A stretch of DNA of 64,000 nucleotides, taken from assembly GCA_039815185.1 (NCBI GenBank), contig JBCBZT010000012.1, positions 121,313 to 185,312 on the forward strand, written 5' to 3'. The DNA comes from Cyanobacteria bacterium P01_A01_bin.123. GTDB lineage: Bacteria > Cyanobacteriota > Cyanobacteriia > Phormidesmidales > Phormidesmidaceae. Below, piece after piece: positions 9,814 through 20,254 of this stretch (positions are counted from its first letter, which is position 1; each line of letters begins with the position of its first letter). The translations under genes were made by a program, and so were the position numbers. The notes below the pieces were generated by a model. The model searched no databases. It was not told the origin of the DNA and was given only the letters and a program-made list of their open reading frames with translations.

Positions 9814-10332
9814 ATGCTAGACGCCTTTACTAAGGTTGTTTCCCAATGTGATGTTCGAGGTCAGTTTGTGAGCAATGCTCAAATTGATGCGCTATTGGCC
9901 GTGGTTAAGGATGGTACGAAGCGCACCGATGTTGTGAACCGGATTACAAGCAACGCTTCCACAATCGTGACTAATGCAGCTCGTGCATTATTTGAAGATC
10001 AGCCTCAGTTGATTGCTCCCGGCGGCAATGCTTACACTAATCGTCGGATTTCTGCCTGTATGCGCGACATGGATATCGTCCTACGCTATGTCACCTATGC
10101 GGTGTTTTTAGGAGACGCCAATGTTCTAGAAGATCGCTGTTTGAATGGTCTGAGGGAAACCTATTTAGCGTTGGGAGTTCCTGGATCTTCCGTCGGCACC
10201 AGCATCCTTAAAATGAAGGAAGCTGCCATTGCCATTGCTAACGATAGTAACAATATCCAACCGGGTGATTGTAGCTCTTTGATGGCTGAATTAGCGGGCT
10301 ACTTCGATCGAGCAGCAGCAGCAGTGAGCTAA
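9814..10332 (+). CDS. cpcB: Phycocyanin beta subunit (divergent paralog)
   Basis: [26 protein letters not shown] (Cys82), [17 protein letters not shown] (Cys153); RBS AGGAG. Confidence 0.92.
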   Translation: MLDAFTKVVSQCDVRGQFVSNAQIDALLAVVKDGTKRTDVVNRITSNASTIVTNAARALFEDQPQLIAPGGNAYTNRRISACMRDMDIVLRYVTYAVFLGDANVLEDRCLNGLRETYLALGVPGSSVGTSILKMKEAAIAIANDSNNIQPGDCSSLMAELAGYFDRAAAAVS

Positions 10333-10473
10333 AAGCCTGTGGACTGACGCACAAGCTTAAGACAGCATTCTCAAAGTCTGTCATGACAAGAAATATATTC
10401 AAGCTAAAGCGGTTTCTCGCTCAAGCTTTTTCCAGATCAAAACTTTCTGAACTATTAGGGAGATATTATTTCA

Positions 10474-10959
10474 ATGAAGACGCAATTAACTGAGGCGGTT
10501 GCCGCAGCTGATTCTCAAGGCCGTTACATAGGCAACACTGAACTTCAAGTTGCATTGGGTCGTCTGCGGTTGGCTACGGCTGACCTAGAAGCAGCCAAGG
10601 CTCTGGGTGCTAAAGCTTCACAATTGGCTGAAGGCGCAGCTAATGCGGTCTACCAAAAGTTCCCCTACACCACCACCATGCAAGGCAACAATTATGCCTC
10701 TGATGCTCGTGGCAAAGCCAAGTGCTTGCGCGACATCGGCTACTATGTGCGGATGATTCAATACTGTCTGATTGCAGGTGGAACAGGCCCTGCTGATGAT
10801 TACCTATTGGCCGGTCTAGCTGAAATGCACAGCAGCTTTGAATTGGTTCCCAGTTGGTATGCTGAAGCGCTCAAGTATATCAAAGCTAACCATGGTTTGA
10901 CGGGTGACCCTGGGCTTGAGGTCAACTCCTACATCGACTACATCATCAACGCACTCTAG
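10474..10959 (+). CDS. cpcA: Phycocyanin alpha subunit (divergent paralog)
   Basis: [27 protein letters not shown] (Cys84), [17 protein letters not shown]. Confidence 0.9.
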   Translation: MKTQLTEAVAAADSQGRYIGNTELQVALGRLRLATADLEAAKALGAKASQLAEGAANAVYQKFPYTTTMQGNNYASDARGKAKCLRDIGYYVRMIQYCLIAGGTGPADDYLLAGLAEMHSSFELVPSWYAEALKYIKANHGLTGDPGLEVNSYIDYIINAL

Positions 10960-11097
10960 TCGCGTGCGTTGCCCAGAAAGATAAGTGGTTCTATTAATAG
11001 ATGGCTCTGTTTATCATTCTGGGCAACTTTATAAACAACAAAGTTAAAAATCTGTGAAAAACCGTGTTTATCGATTTTTAGATTAGGGGAAACAACT

Positions 11098-11913
11098 ATG
11101 GCTGGTTTAAAGGAAGCGGGGAGATTAGGAATTAAACCCTTTGAGGAAGCTGAACCTGTTGAATTACGTCCCAATTGGGCTCAAGATGAGGTTCAAGCTG
11201 TGATTTCGGCAGCCTACCGACAGGTGCTAGGCAATGAGCATCTGATGGAGAGTGAGCGATTAGTAGGGGCTGAATCACTTTTGGTGAGAGGCCTTATTTC
11301 GGTGCGAGGCTTTGTTCGGGCGATCGCAGCGTCAGAACTCTATCGCGAGAAGTTTTTGTATCCTAACTTTCATGTCCGCTTTATCGAGTTGAACTACAAG
11401 CACCTATTAGGACGAGCACCTTACGATCAGACTGAGATTTCCTATCATTTGGATCTATTCCTCTCCGAAGGGTATGAAGCTGAGATTGATGCTTATCTCA
11501 ACTCAGAAGAATATCTCAATGCTTTTGGGGATAATATTGTTCCCTATCATCGAGATTTTCAAGTTGATCACCCAGGGCAGCGAGCGGTCGGCTTTAGTCG
11601 TTTGATGCATCTCTATCGTGGCTACGCTAATAGCGATCGGGCACAAGGACAAAAGCAACCCTTGTTAACCTGGGAAGTGGCCAGAAATTCAGCAACCTCG
11701 ATCGCGGCTTCTAGCCCCAGCGCCCTCTCTGGTGGTTTAGGAGGGGCTCGCGGGGACGTCTATCGACTACGGGTGATGCGATCTGCACGCCCCAATTCAG
11801 CTGTTGTACGACAGACCACAACTGAAGTGCTGGTTTCCTATGAACAATTGACGACTAAGCTCCAACAGTTGAGTCGTTCTGGAAGTAAGGTGATCAGTGT
11901 TACCACTGTCTAG
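11098..11913 (+). CDS. cpcC: Phycocyanin rod linker (CpcC2/CpcH-like)
   Basis: [35 protein letters not shown]-terminal CpcD-like domain. Confidence 0.85.
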   Translation: MAGLKEAGRLGIKPFEEAEPVELRPNWAQDEVQAVISAAYRQVLGNEHLMESERLVGAESLLVRGLISVRGFVRAIAASELYREKFLYPNFHVRFIELNYKHLLGRAPYDQTEISYHLDLFLSEGYEAEIDAYLNSEEYLNAFGDNIVPYHRDFQVDHPGQRAVGFSRLMHLYRGYANSDRAQGQKQPLLTWEVARNSATSIAASSPSALSGGLGGARGDVYRLRVMRSARPNSAVVRQTTTEVLVSYEQLTTKLQQLSRSGSKVISVTTV

Positions 11914-12091
11914 TGATGACATGCCTTAGTCCATCGTTTTCCCTTTAGGGGCGCAAGGCTCTGCGTCCCTACCCCACTCTTCAAATCGGATGGCGTTCAC
12001 CAAAGGGCAATCGATTGCTGATTACCCTTTGGTGAATCAGCCTACCCATTTTCATCTATATCTTTTGGAATTTATTGAAGGAGAATTTCAG

Positions 12092-12961
12092 GTGGCTATT
12101 ACAACAGCAGCATCTCGACTAGGGACGTCGGCGTTTAGTGATGTCGCGCCAGTCGAACTGCGTCCAAATGCAAGTCAGGAAGATATTGAAGCGGTTATTC
12201 TGGCTGTTTATCAACAGGTATTGGGTAATCCCCATCTTCTAACTTCTGAGCGTCTTGTCATTGCTGAGTCTCTGTTACGCGATCGCAAGATCACAGTGCA
12301 GGAATTTGTTCGTCAAGTTGCCAAATCAGATCTGTACAAGCAGAAATTCTTCCACAATAATTTTCAAAGCCGGACAATTGAGCTCAACTATAAGCACCTC
12401 CTCGGGCGGGCACCCTATGAGCAGTCAGAAATTACGGAGCATATGAATTTGTATCAATCCAACGGTTTTGATGCAGATATTGACGCCTACATTGACTCGC
12501 CTGAGTATCAGACCAGCTTTGGTGAATACATCGTGCCCTACTACCGAGACTTTGTGACCACAGGCATGGGTCAAAGATCAAGTGGATTTCCCCGTTTACT
12601 CCAGCTTTATCGGGGTTATGCCAACAGTGATCGGGCGCAGTTGATCGGCAATGCCCCCCGATTGGTCAAGGATCTAGCGCTTAATACTGCTTCTGGGATA
12701 AACCCTCCTTCTGGTGGTGCAGGGGGATTTGCTTTTCTACCCGCCCTAAAAGGTGATGCATCTTTTAGCACCTTTGGCGGTTCAAAAGCTTTCGGATCTA
12801 GTCGGCTCTTCCGAGTTGAAGTTGCAGGCATTAATGGGCCTGGCTATCCCAAGGTTCGCCGGGTTAATAAGGCCGTCATTATTCCCTATGAAGAGCTCAC
12901 CCCTCACATGCAGAGAGTGCAACGCCAGGGCGGTAAGATCGCCAGCATTACGCCACTCTAG
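12092..12961 (+). CDS. cpcC: Phycocyanin rod linker (CpcC1/CpcI-like)
   Basis: GTG start after GGAG ([11 protein letters not shown]); [14 protein letters not shown]-terminal [27 protein letters not shown]. Confidence 0.88.
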   Translation: MAITTAASRLGTSAFSDVAPVELRPNASQEDIEAVILAVYQQVLGNPHLLTSERLVIAESLLRDRKITVQEFVRQVAKSDLYKQKFFHNNFQSRTIELNYKHLLGRAPYEQSEITEHMNLYQSNGFDADIDAYIDSPEYQTSFGEYIVPYYRDFVTTGMGQRSSGFPRLLQLYRGYANSDRAQLIGNAPRLVKDLALNTASGINPPSGGAGGFAFLPALKGDASFSTFGGSKAFGSSRLFRVEVAGINGPGYPKVRRVNKAVIIPYEELTPHMQRVQRQGGKIASITPL

Positions 12962-13178
12962 GATTAGGAAAGCGTAGAGGGTATATCTTAAGGCGAGAAA
13001 CTCCACGGTAAAAAAGTTCTCGCCTATTGATTTGTTGCTTTTAAGTCTTCCGCCTTTTTCGGGGGAAAAATCGCTAAGTCCAAAAGCTGCAATTCGACTC
13101 GAATAATCTCTTGCCAAATAAAAAAATATTGTTTGAACCGCCGCCATAACGAGTGGCTAAATAGCCATGCATTACACA

Positions 13179-13213
13179 ACGATTAGCGGGAGCAAAGTGC
13201 TCCCGCTAATCGT
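13179..13213. terminator. Perfect 16-bp hairpin downstream of the cpc operon (terminator or REP-like)
   Basis: ACGATTAGCGGGAGCA-AAG-TGCTCCCGCTAATCGT; no U-tract. Confidence 0.45.
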
Positions 13214-13630
13214 CATCATTGGGCCTTTTATATTACATCGACTTCGGGTCATTGCGTTTGCGTTGATCAGCCCGCCCATGCCCCGCATAGTCAGATCTCA
13301 CGAATTAGAACAAATGCCTTGATTCGAGAAATACAAACCCTAATCGAAACAGGCTCATCCCAATGTAAGACACCAACACCACAAAAATCACTGCATTCAA
13401 AATACTGCGAACAGAATGCGTTGACATAGGAAGTACCTAACTAATGTTGTTATTGACGCTAACGCAAAGTATCCAAGATCTGCCTTAATCTAACCTGAGC
13501 TAGACATGATTCTTAATGTCAAAAGGCGCGATCGCCCGTGACACTAATCCACATCTCACTATAGTCTAAACGACATGACTACAAGCCATTCAGCCAAGTC
13601 TTAAGCTGATATTAAATTAATAGCAATATC

Positions 13631-13671
13631 AACCGCGTCCCCCTCCAGATCCACCGTTTTTCCTTAAGCTA
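13631..13671 (+). repeat. Dispersed short repeat AACCGCGTCYACATCCAGATCCA family, degenerate copy 1
   Basis: Similar to 27324-27364 over ~41 bp; core also at 31588-31613 (reverse) and 37533-37557. Confidence 0.7.
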
Positions 13672-13705
13672 AACTCAAGGTTTAAAATCAGATGGGGTTT
13701 AGATA

Positions 13706-14062
13706 ATGGTTCGACTCAAAATCATTGAAAAATATGACAGTAGCTTTACTTTGGCCCCTGAGGTGAAAGCGACTTTGTTTGATCTGTTAATGAGCGATAC
13801 CTTTCAACAGCAGGTCTGCCAGCACACTGGGTTTGACCGAGTGGAGTTTACTCAGCTGTTGTTTCAACCCACCCCTTACACGCCGGAAACCCCTTTGGGA
13901 ATGCCCAAGCCCTTTGAGGTATATCACGCTTCAGCAGACCACGTGATTGTCAACGTGCCGCCCAACTTTATGTTTAAAGCTAAAGTATTTAATCCCAATC
14001 GCCTCTGCGCTATCTATCGCCGGATTGGATCGGCTGTTTCCCAATCTGTCGACGCTGAATAG
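13706..14062 (+). CDS. Hypothetical protein
   Basis: 118-aa ORF, 8 bp from the next gene; no recognised motif. Confidence 0.65.
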   Translation: MVRLKIIEKYDSSFTLAPEVKATLFDLLMSDTFQQQVCQHTGFDRVEFTQLLFQPTPYTPETPLGMPKPFEVYHASADHVIVNVPPNFMFKAKVFNPNRLCAIYRRIGSAVSQSVDAE

Positions 14063-14070
14063 GAATACCC

Positions 14071-14610
14071 ATGACTCCTCAAACTTCCCCGACTGTCTTG
14101 GCTGATCTAGCCCCATTCCCCTACATTGATGATGATGGGGCGATTCCGACCCATATACAAGGCAAAGTGGGCATCTACGCCATTTTTGACCAGGCCCAGG
14201 TCTTGCAGTATGTGGGCTATTCTCGGGATGTTTATCTGAGTCTGAAGCAGCATTTAGTGCGCCAACCCCAATCTTGTGACTCGGTGAAGGTGCAAACTAT
14301 TGATCGACCCAGTCGTACCTTGCTCGAAGGCATTCGCGACGCTTGGCTGACTGAAAACGGCAGTATCCCTCCTGGCAACGGTGCAGAGGCAGTGGCTTGG
14401 AACCAACCTATCGATGCCAAGCAAACTATGACCGATGCTGAAAAAGCCGAGTTTGAACGCCTAGAAGAATTGGGACAAATTAAGTATCTGAAAAAGATTG
14501 CCCGTCGGGTTGAGGCCAATATTCTAGAAACCCTAAAGCAACGCAACGTTCAGATGGAACTGCGGTTTAACCCCAAGCTCAAAGAAGCGGGCCTGCTGGA
14601 TTTGAAATAA
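14071..14610 (+). CDS. GIY-YIG nuclease family protein
   Basis: VGIYAIFD..LQYVGYSRDVYLSLKQHL. Confidence 0.8.
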   Translation: MTPQTSPTVLADLAPFPYIDDDGAIPTHIQGKVGIYAIFDQAQVLQYVGYSRDVYLSLKQHLVRQPQSCDSVKVQTIDRPSRTLLEGIRDAWLTENGSIPPGNGAEAVAWNQPIDAKQTMTDAEKAEFERLEELGQIKYLKKIARRVEANILETLKQRNVQMELRFNPKLKEAGLLDLK

Positions 14611-14745
14611 ATAGAGGAACCCTCATTACTCTGAAGAGTCTAGCGAAAGAAACACTCTCCTCATTTCAAGAGATTGCATGGGTGATTCAAAAACGCTCTA
14701 ACGCGACGGTAAGATCGAGAGATCGCGCTGCTCACCCATCTGCCC

Positions 14746-16257
14746 ATGTATCTCGATTACCTCGAACGTATTCTGACTGCTCGGGTCTATGACGTCGCCC
14801 AAGAAACGCCCCTCGACCTAGCGCCTAATTTGTCAGCACGGCTGAATAATCGAGTGTTGCTGAAGCGGGAAGACGTACAGTCGGTGTTTTCGTTTAAGCT
14901 GCGGGGGGCTTACAACAAGATGGCTCAATTACTGCCAGAACAGTTGGCCCAGGGAGTGATTGCGTCTTCGGCAGGTAACCATGCCCAGGGAGTGGCTTTG
15001 GGGGCACGGCAGTTGGGCACAACTGCGATTATCGTGATGCCGACAACAACACCCCAAGTGAAAATTGATGCGGTCAAGGCACGGGGAGGAAAGGTTGTCC
15101 TCTACGGCGAAACCTATGATGATGCCTATGGCCATGCCCGACAGTTGGAAACCGAAAAGGGGCTGACGTTTGTGCATCCCTTTGACGACCCTGATGTGAT
15201 CGCCGGTCAGGGCACCATTGGCATGGAAATTTTGCGTCAGTATCAGCAGCCCATTCATGCGGTGTTTGTGGCGATTGGCGGGGGTGGCTTGATCTCGGGC
15301 ATTGCAGCTTATATCAAGCGGTTGCGTCCCCAGACCAAAATTATTGGGGTTGAACCTGTCGATGCCGATGCCATGCACCAGTCGCTCAAAATTGGTCGAC
15401 GCGTATGTTTGCCTCGGGTGGGTTTGTTTGCTGATGGGGTGGCTGTGCGCCAGGTGGGGGAAGAGACCTTTCGGCTGTGTCAGCAGTTTGTCGATGACAT
15501 TATTTTGGTCGGCACTGATGATACCTGTGCGGCGATCAAAGATGTGTTTGAAGACACGCGATCGATTTTGGAGCCTGCGGGGGCGCTGGCGATCGCGGGG
15601 GCAAAGGCCTACGTCGAACGAGAAGGGATTACGGATCAAACCCTTGTGGCGATCGCTTGCGGGGCCAACATGAACTTTGATCGACTCCGCTTTGTAGCCG
15701 AACGGGCTGAGGTGGGGGAACGACGAGAAGCCATTTTTGCCGTCACTATTCCAGAAAGACCCGGCAGTCTGCGGCAGTTTTGCGATTGTATTGGCAAACG
15801 CAACCTGACGGAATTTAACTACCGGATTGCCGACCAGAAAATTGCCCACATTTTTGTCGGGCTGCAGATTCAAAACCGGGCTGATGCCGCGCAAATGAAG
15901 CAAACTTTTGAAGCCCAGGAATTTGAAACTTTAGATCTGACAGATGACGAGTTAGCTAAACTGCACCTGAGACATATGGTCGGTGGGCGATCGCCCCTGG
16001 CTAAAAATGAACTCCTCTATCGCTTTGAGTTCCCTGAAAGACCGGGGGCACTAATGAAATTTGTCACCTCCATGAGCCCCAACTGGAATATCAGCCTATT
16101 CCACTATCGCAATAATGGCTCAGATTATGGCCGCATTGTCGTGGGCATGCAGGTGCCGCCCCACGAAATGGCAGAGTGGCAAACTTTTCTCAATAGTTTG
16201 GGGTACCGCTATTGGGACGAAAACCAAAACCCAGCTTACCGTCTCTTTTTAGGTTAA
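14746..16257 (+). CDS. ilvA: Threonine ammonia-lyase, biosynthetic
   Basis: FSFKLRGAYN (PLP Lys), SAGNHAQG, two ACT-like repeats PERPG. Confidence 0.95.
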   Translation: MYLDYLERILTARVYDVAQETPLDLAPNLSARLNNRVLLKREDVQSVFSFKLRGAYNKMAQLLPEQLAQGVIASSAGNHAQGVALGARQLGTTAIIVMPTTTPQVKIDAVKARGGKVVLYGETYDDAYGHARQLETEKGLTFVHPFDDPDVIAGQGTIGMEILRQYQQPIHAVFVAIGGGGLISGIAAYIKRLRPQTKIIGVEPVDADAMHQSLKIGRRVCLPRVGLFADGVAVRQVGEETFRLCQQFVDDIILVGTDDTCAAIKDVFEDTRSILEPAGALAIAGAKAYVEREGITDQTLVAIACGANMNFDRLRFVAERAEVGERREAIFAVTIPERPGSLRQFCDCIGKRNLTEFNYRIADQKIAHIFVGLQIQNRADAAQMKQTFEAQEFETLDLTDDELAKLHLRHMVGGRSPLAKNELLYRFEFPERPGALMKFVTSMSPNWNISLFHYRNNGSDYGRIVVGMQVPPHEMAEWQTFLNSLGYRYWDENQNPAYRLFLG

Positions 16258-16262
16258 AGGCT

Positions 16263-17009
16263 CTACAGTTTAGCCGCCGCAACAGCGTTAGGCACTTTGC
16301 TGTCGACTGATGCAACTTCGCTGCCTATCCGTTCTAGATTAAAACGATAGCCGACGTTGCGCACGGTTTGAATGATATTCGGTTGACGGGGATCGTTTTC
16401 GATCTTTTTACGCAAAGACAACACATGGGTATCTACGGTACGGGGGTTGTCAATGGCGTCAGGCCAAGCGCGCTTTAGCAAATCAGACCGACTTAAGGGG
16501 GATCCTGCAGCTTGAGTTAACACGTACAGCAAGCTAAACTCTTGCGGCGTTAGATCAATAAAGGCTTCCTTATAGCGGACTCGACGCTGCACTAAATCGA
16601 TATCGAGCTCGCCATATTTAAGGGAAGCAGGGGCTACAGTCCTCTGGCTGCGGCGAGTGAGGGCTTCTACCCGGGCTAAAAATTCCTGCATGCCAAAAGG
16701 TTTTGACAGATAGTCATCAGCGCCTGCTTTTAAGCCAGTGACAATATCAACCTCAGCATTACGGGCAGACAACATCAGAATCAACGCAGTTCCCCGACGC
16801 TGCATCCAGCGACAAAGCTCTAAGCCATCTCCATCCGGTAACTCTGAATCGAGAATCACCAGATCTGGATCACGGGATTGAAACGTTTCTCGACCCCGGG
16901 TAATGTCCGCCGACTGGTGCACCCAATACCCTGCCTGCTGCAAGTGCCAGCCTAGCAGCGATCGCAGGTGCGGGTTCCCTTCAACAATTTGAATACAAAC
17001 AGATGCCAC
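16263..17009 (-). CDS. nrrA: OmpR-family nitrogen-regulated response regulator NrrA (Rre37-like)
   Basis: IQIVEGNPHLRSLLGWHLQQ, WPDAIDNPRTVDTHVLSLRKK; canonical NtcA promoter upstream; GTG at 17009 is the likely start. Confidence 0.85.
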   Translation of the reverse strand: MASVCIQIVEGNPHLRSLLGWHLQQAGYWVHQSADITRGRETFQSRDPDLVILDSELPDGDGLELCRWMQRRGTALILMLSARNAEVDIVTGLKAGADDYLSKPFGMQEFLARVEALTRRSQRTVAPASLKYGELDIDLVQRRVRYKEAFIDLTPQEFSLLYVLTQAAGSPLSRSDLLKRAWPDAIDNPRTVDTHVLSLRKKIENDPRQPNIIQTVRNVGYRFNLERIGSEVASVDSKVPNAVAAAKL

Positions 17010-17051
17010 AGGGTTTAGTGCTTTTATCACATCAAGGCCTAGTTGAGCTTT

Positions 17052-17093
17052 AGGTTATCAGAGCAGTTGTCATGAATTTGTAACTGCCGTTAC
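17052..17093 (-). promoter_or_regulatory. Canonical NtcA-activated promoter of nrrA
   Basis: GTA-N8-TAC at 17080-17093, 22-nt spacer, then minus-strand TAACCT (TAN3T) at 17057-17052. Confidence 0.8.
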
Positions 17094-17342
17094 GCTGTCT
17101 GATTTTGGACAGGAGGATTCGTAAGCTGTTTGAAGGTCTGTGGTATGGACTGACCCAGACCAAACCTGGTAACATAAGTGTACAAACGCTTGCGTATTTG
17201 TTGTCAAAAAAGCCACATACTTGACTGTGATTTCACTCAATTTTGGGAAATTGAATCTTGGCGTGTGATGTTACCCACAGGGAACTCCGATAGATCTTTG
17301 TCGGTCTGCTTTGATTTTGACGCGGTTGATTAACTATTTGCC

Positions 17343-17588
17343 ATGCTTCAAGACGCACGCGCCATTCGCTACTATCAACGGATCACCGATGCCCTGGTAG
17401 AACAGTGGAATCGAGGGTACCGCAGAAATGATGAGCTTAGGCTTTTCCTCGATGGTTATTTGGCCGCCCTGCGCCATGCCGATGCCATTGAACCCTATTT
17501 GATTCATCGCCTAGAAGAAGACGTCATCCGCTTTCTTCATGACACTTCTAATTTCGCCATGCCAGAGTCAGAACCGGACTATTACTAA
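17343..17588 (+). CDS. Conserved cyanobacterial hypothetical protein (DUF6761-like)
   Basis: MLQDARAIRYYQRITDALVEQWNRGYR; divergent from nrrA. Confidence 0.7.
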   Translation: MLQDARAIRYYQRITDALVEQWNRGYRRNDELRLFLDGYLAALRHADAIEPYLIHRLEEDVIRFLHDTSNFAMPESEPDYY

Positions 17589-18145
17589 TAATTGCGCGGG
17601 TACTGATTACGACTTGCTGTTTGAGGTCAGTTCAGTGTGCGCTCCTCAAGCGCTCTATTCTTGGGTAAACGATTTTGGGCCGCGACCATCGCAATAAAAA
17701 ACCGACAGTGCCGCAAAGCAATCTGTCGGTCGGTTGTGTGTTCCCTGTAGATGACTCGGCTAGAGTTGAGTCATTCTCAGTATGGCTAACACAATGGAAA
17801 AGGCAGGCGATCAGAATCATAGAATCATGTGACTTAGATCACATCCGAAATGAGGTACATACACCTTGCACCCCTTAGATAAGGAGCAGGTACGGGCTGG
17901 ATATGATCTGAAAGTGTTGTCCAGTATCCTTTAAGTGCATTCGCAGTCCATCAGCGGTTGCATCAGGCAGCGCTTTCAAATCAGTGTTTAATCCGCATAA
18001 TTTTTTTAGATTACGATTCCTGTTCCTGAGCGGGGTCTTAATAGCGCTGGGTAAGGTTTAATCATTGATTAACGGAAATCCTGGATGCCCTCACTACAAT
18101 GGAGACTACGGCCCAAGGAGTGTCCAAGCAACGGAGGAACAAGCT

Positions 18146-19315
18146 ATGGCGCGGACTTTACTGGAACAACTTAGGGAGATGACTGTCGTGGTTGCGGATA
18201 CGGGGGATATTCAAGCCATTGAAAAATTTACCCCCCGGGATGCCACGACTAACCCGTCACTCATCACAGCGGCTGCTCAAATGCCGCAGTATCAGGGGAT
18301 TGTTGACGATACATTGCTTAAAGCCAAAGCTGATGCAGGGTCAGAGGCAAGTGATCAAGACATTGCCAATTTGGCCTTTAATCGGTTGGCAGTGGCATTC
18401 GGTCTCAAAATCTTGGCGATCATTCCCGGTCGTGTTTCGACAGAAGTTGATGCCCGATTGTCCTATGACACTGAGGCTACCCTCAAAGTTGCTCGTGATT
18501 TGATCAGTCAATATGAAGCAGCTGGCCTATCACGCGATCGCGTCTTGATCAAAATTGCCTCTACCTGGGAAGGGATCAAAGCCGCTGAGATTCTGGAAAA
18601 AGAAGGGATCCACTGCAACCTAACCCTACTGTTTGGTCTTCATCAAGCGATCGCCTGTGCTGAAGCGGGTGTCACCCTGATTTCTCCGTTTGTTGGGCGC
18701 ATCCTGGACTGGTACAAAAAAGATACTGGACGGGACGAATACCCGGCTGATGAAGACCCCGGTGTGGTTTCAGTAACGACTATTTACAACTATTACAAAA
18801 AGTTTGGCCACACGACCGAGGTCATGGGGGCGAGCTTCCGCAACATTGGCGAGATTACCGAACTCGCAGGTTGTGATTTGCTCACCATTTCGCCTAAGCT
18901 GCTGGCCCAACTGGATGACACGACTGCTGAGCTACCTCGGAAGCTGGATGCTGCCAAGGCTGAGGGCATGGAGATTGAAAAGATTGCCATGGATAAAGCT
19001 GTATTTGCAGCGATGCATGCTGAAAATCGCATGGCTTCTGAAAAGTTAGAAGAGGGCATCAATGGTTTTGCCAAAGCCCTAGTATCTTTAGAAGACCTGC
19101 TTGCGAAGCGTCTAGCGCGTTTAGAAGGGCAGGGCGTTGTCGAAGATATTTTTCGCGTTTACGACCTGGATGGCGATGGCTTCATTACCCGCGAAGAATG
19201 GCTTGGCACGGATGCAGTTTTTGACGCCCTCGATATGGATCACGATGGCAAAATCACCCCAGAAGAAATGGGTGCTGGCCTGGGCGGTACGCAACGGTTA
19301 GCAGGGGTGAGCTAG
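18146..19315 (+). CDS. tal: Transaldolase with C-terminal EF-hand pair
   Basis: [45 protein letters not shown] and [20 protein letters not shown] before ATG 18146. Confidence 0.93.
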   Translation: MARTLLEQLREMTVVVADTGDIQAIEKFTPRDATTNPSLITAAAQMPQYQGIVDDTLLKAKADAGSEASDQDIANLAFNRLAVAFGLKILAIIPGRVSTEVDARLSYDTEATLKVARDLISQYEAAGLSRDRVLIKIASTWEGIKAAEILEKEGIHCNLTLLFGLHQAIACAEAGVTLISPFVGRILDWYKKDTGRDEYPADEDPGVVSVTTIYNYYKKFGHTTEVMGASFRNIGEITELAGCDLLTISPKLLAQLDDTTAELPRKLDAAKAEGMEIEKIAMDKAVFAAMHAENRMASEKLEEGINGFAKALVSLEDLLAKRLARLEGQGVVEDIFRVYDLDGDGFITREEWLGTDAVFDALDMDHDGKITPEEMGAGLGGTQRLAGVS

Positions 19316-19346
19316 GCGCTATAGCACTCACTAGCGTGTTTCGTTC

Positions 19347-19375
19347 ACAAACCTCCAGCACTGCTGGAGGTTTGT
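19347..19375 (+). terminator. Intrinsic terminator-like hairpin after tal
   Basis: ACAAACCTCCAGCA-C-TGCTGGAGGTTTGT. Confidence 0.6.
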
Positions 19376-19411
19376 CATTATTGAGGCAATGGGAAATTTC
19401 TGGGATATTCA

Positions 19412-20077
19412 ATGAAAGCCAAGCATTTTATCAATCTGCATAAGGGCACAACGTTCTTTTTTGTATTGGCGTTGATGCTGGTGTATGACAACTTTACGAC
19501 TGCGGCCTGGGTGTATCTGGCGCTGCACGGGACGTATGGATTTTTGTGGTTGCTCAAAGATCGGATCTATCCGGATAAAAGCTGGGAACAGGAGATTTCT
19601 ATCCTGACTGGATTGGCCGGGTTCGGATTTGTCAGCCTCTACTGGGTTGCCCCGTTTATTCTGATCAGTCAGCGAGTTGATCCGCCGTTACCTTTGATGG
19701 CCGGGGCGATCGCGCTCAATGTTGTAGGCATCTTTTTACACTACGTCAGCGATGCCCAAAAGTATTACACGCTTAAGTATCACAAGGGGTTAATTACGGA
19801 AGGTTTCTTCGCCCGCTGCCGCAATACGAATTACCTGGGTGAAATTTGTATCTATGGGTCTTTTGCCCTGCTGACAATGCACTGGTTGCCGTTCGTTATT
19901 TTAGGAATTTCTGTGGCTCTATTGTTTGTGCCAAATATGCTCAAGAAGGAGCAGTCTCTATCTCGTTATCCAGCATTTGAGGCCTATAAATCTCGTTCAG
20001 GGTTTCTGTTTCCCAAGTTGTGGGGCAATGAGCAAGAATCGGATGATGCGTGTTTGTCCTCTGATGCATCGCAATAG
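19412..20077 (+). CDS. DUF1295 / steroid 5-alpha-reductase / ICMT-like membrane protein
   Basis: Several TM segments; SDAQKYYTL, LITEGFFARCRNTNYLGE. Confidence 0.75.
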   Translation: MKAKHFINLHKGTTFFFVLALMLVYDNFTTAAWVYLALHGTYGFLWLLKDRIYPDKSWEQEISILTGLAGFGFVSLYWVAPFILISQRVDPPLPLMAGAIALNVVGIFLHYVSDAQKYYTLKYHKGLITEGFFARCRNTNYLGEICIYGSFALLTMHWLPFVILGISVALLFVPNMLKKEQSLSRYPAFEAYKSRSGFLFPKLWGNEQESDDACLSSDASQ

Positions 20078-20195
20078 GGGACAAATTACGCCACTTTCTG
20101 ATGTTTCGGTGCCGGAACCCGGAACTGTGATTGGGTTGTCCGTTGTGGCTGGAGCTGGCGTTTTGCTTCGAAGTAAGATTAGCCAAACAGAATAA
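20078..20195 (+). pseudogene. Orphan PEP-CTERM sorting tail
   Basis: VPEPGTVIGLSVVAGAGVLLRSK with no upstream gene body. Confidence 0.6.
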
Positions 20196-20254
20196 GGGAT
20201 TCAGCTTTGGAACCAGAGTAATCAAACGAGGGATTGCTGAGCTCACCAAACATA

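Noticed and set aside
9814..10959. Phycoerythrocyanin (pecBA) assignment
   Set aside because: Beta keeps phycocyanin-type GGNAYTNRR and no pecE/F lyase genes are adjacent
17169..17183. Second NtcA site near nrrA
   Set aside because: Spacing is GTA-N9-TAC
19120..19315. EF-hand fusion on transaldolase as a novelty
   Set aside because: Known feature of cyanobacterial transaldolases
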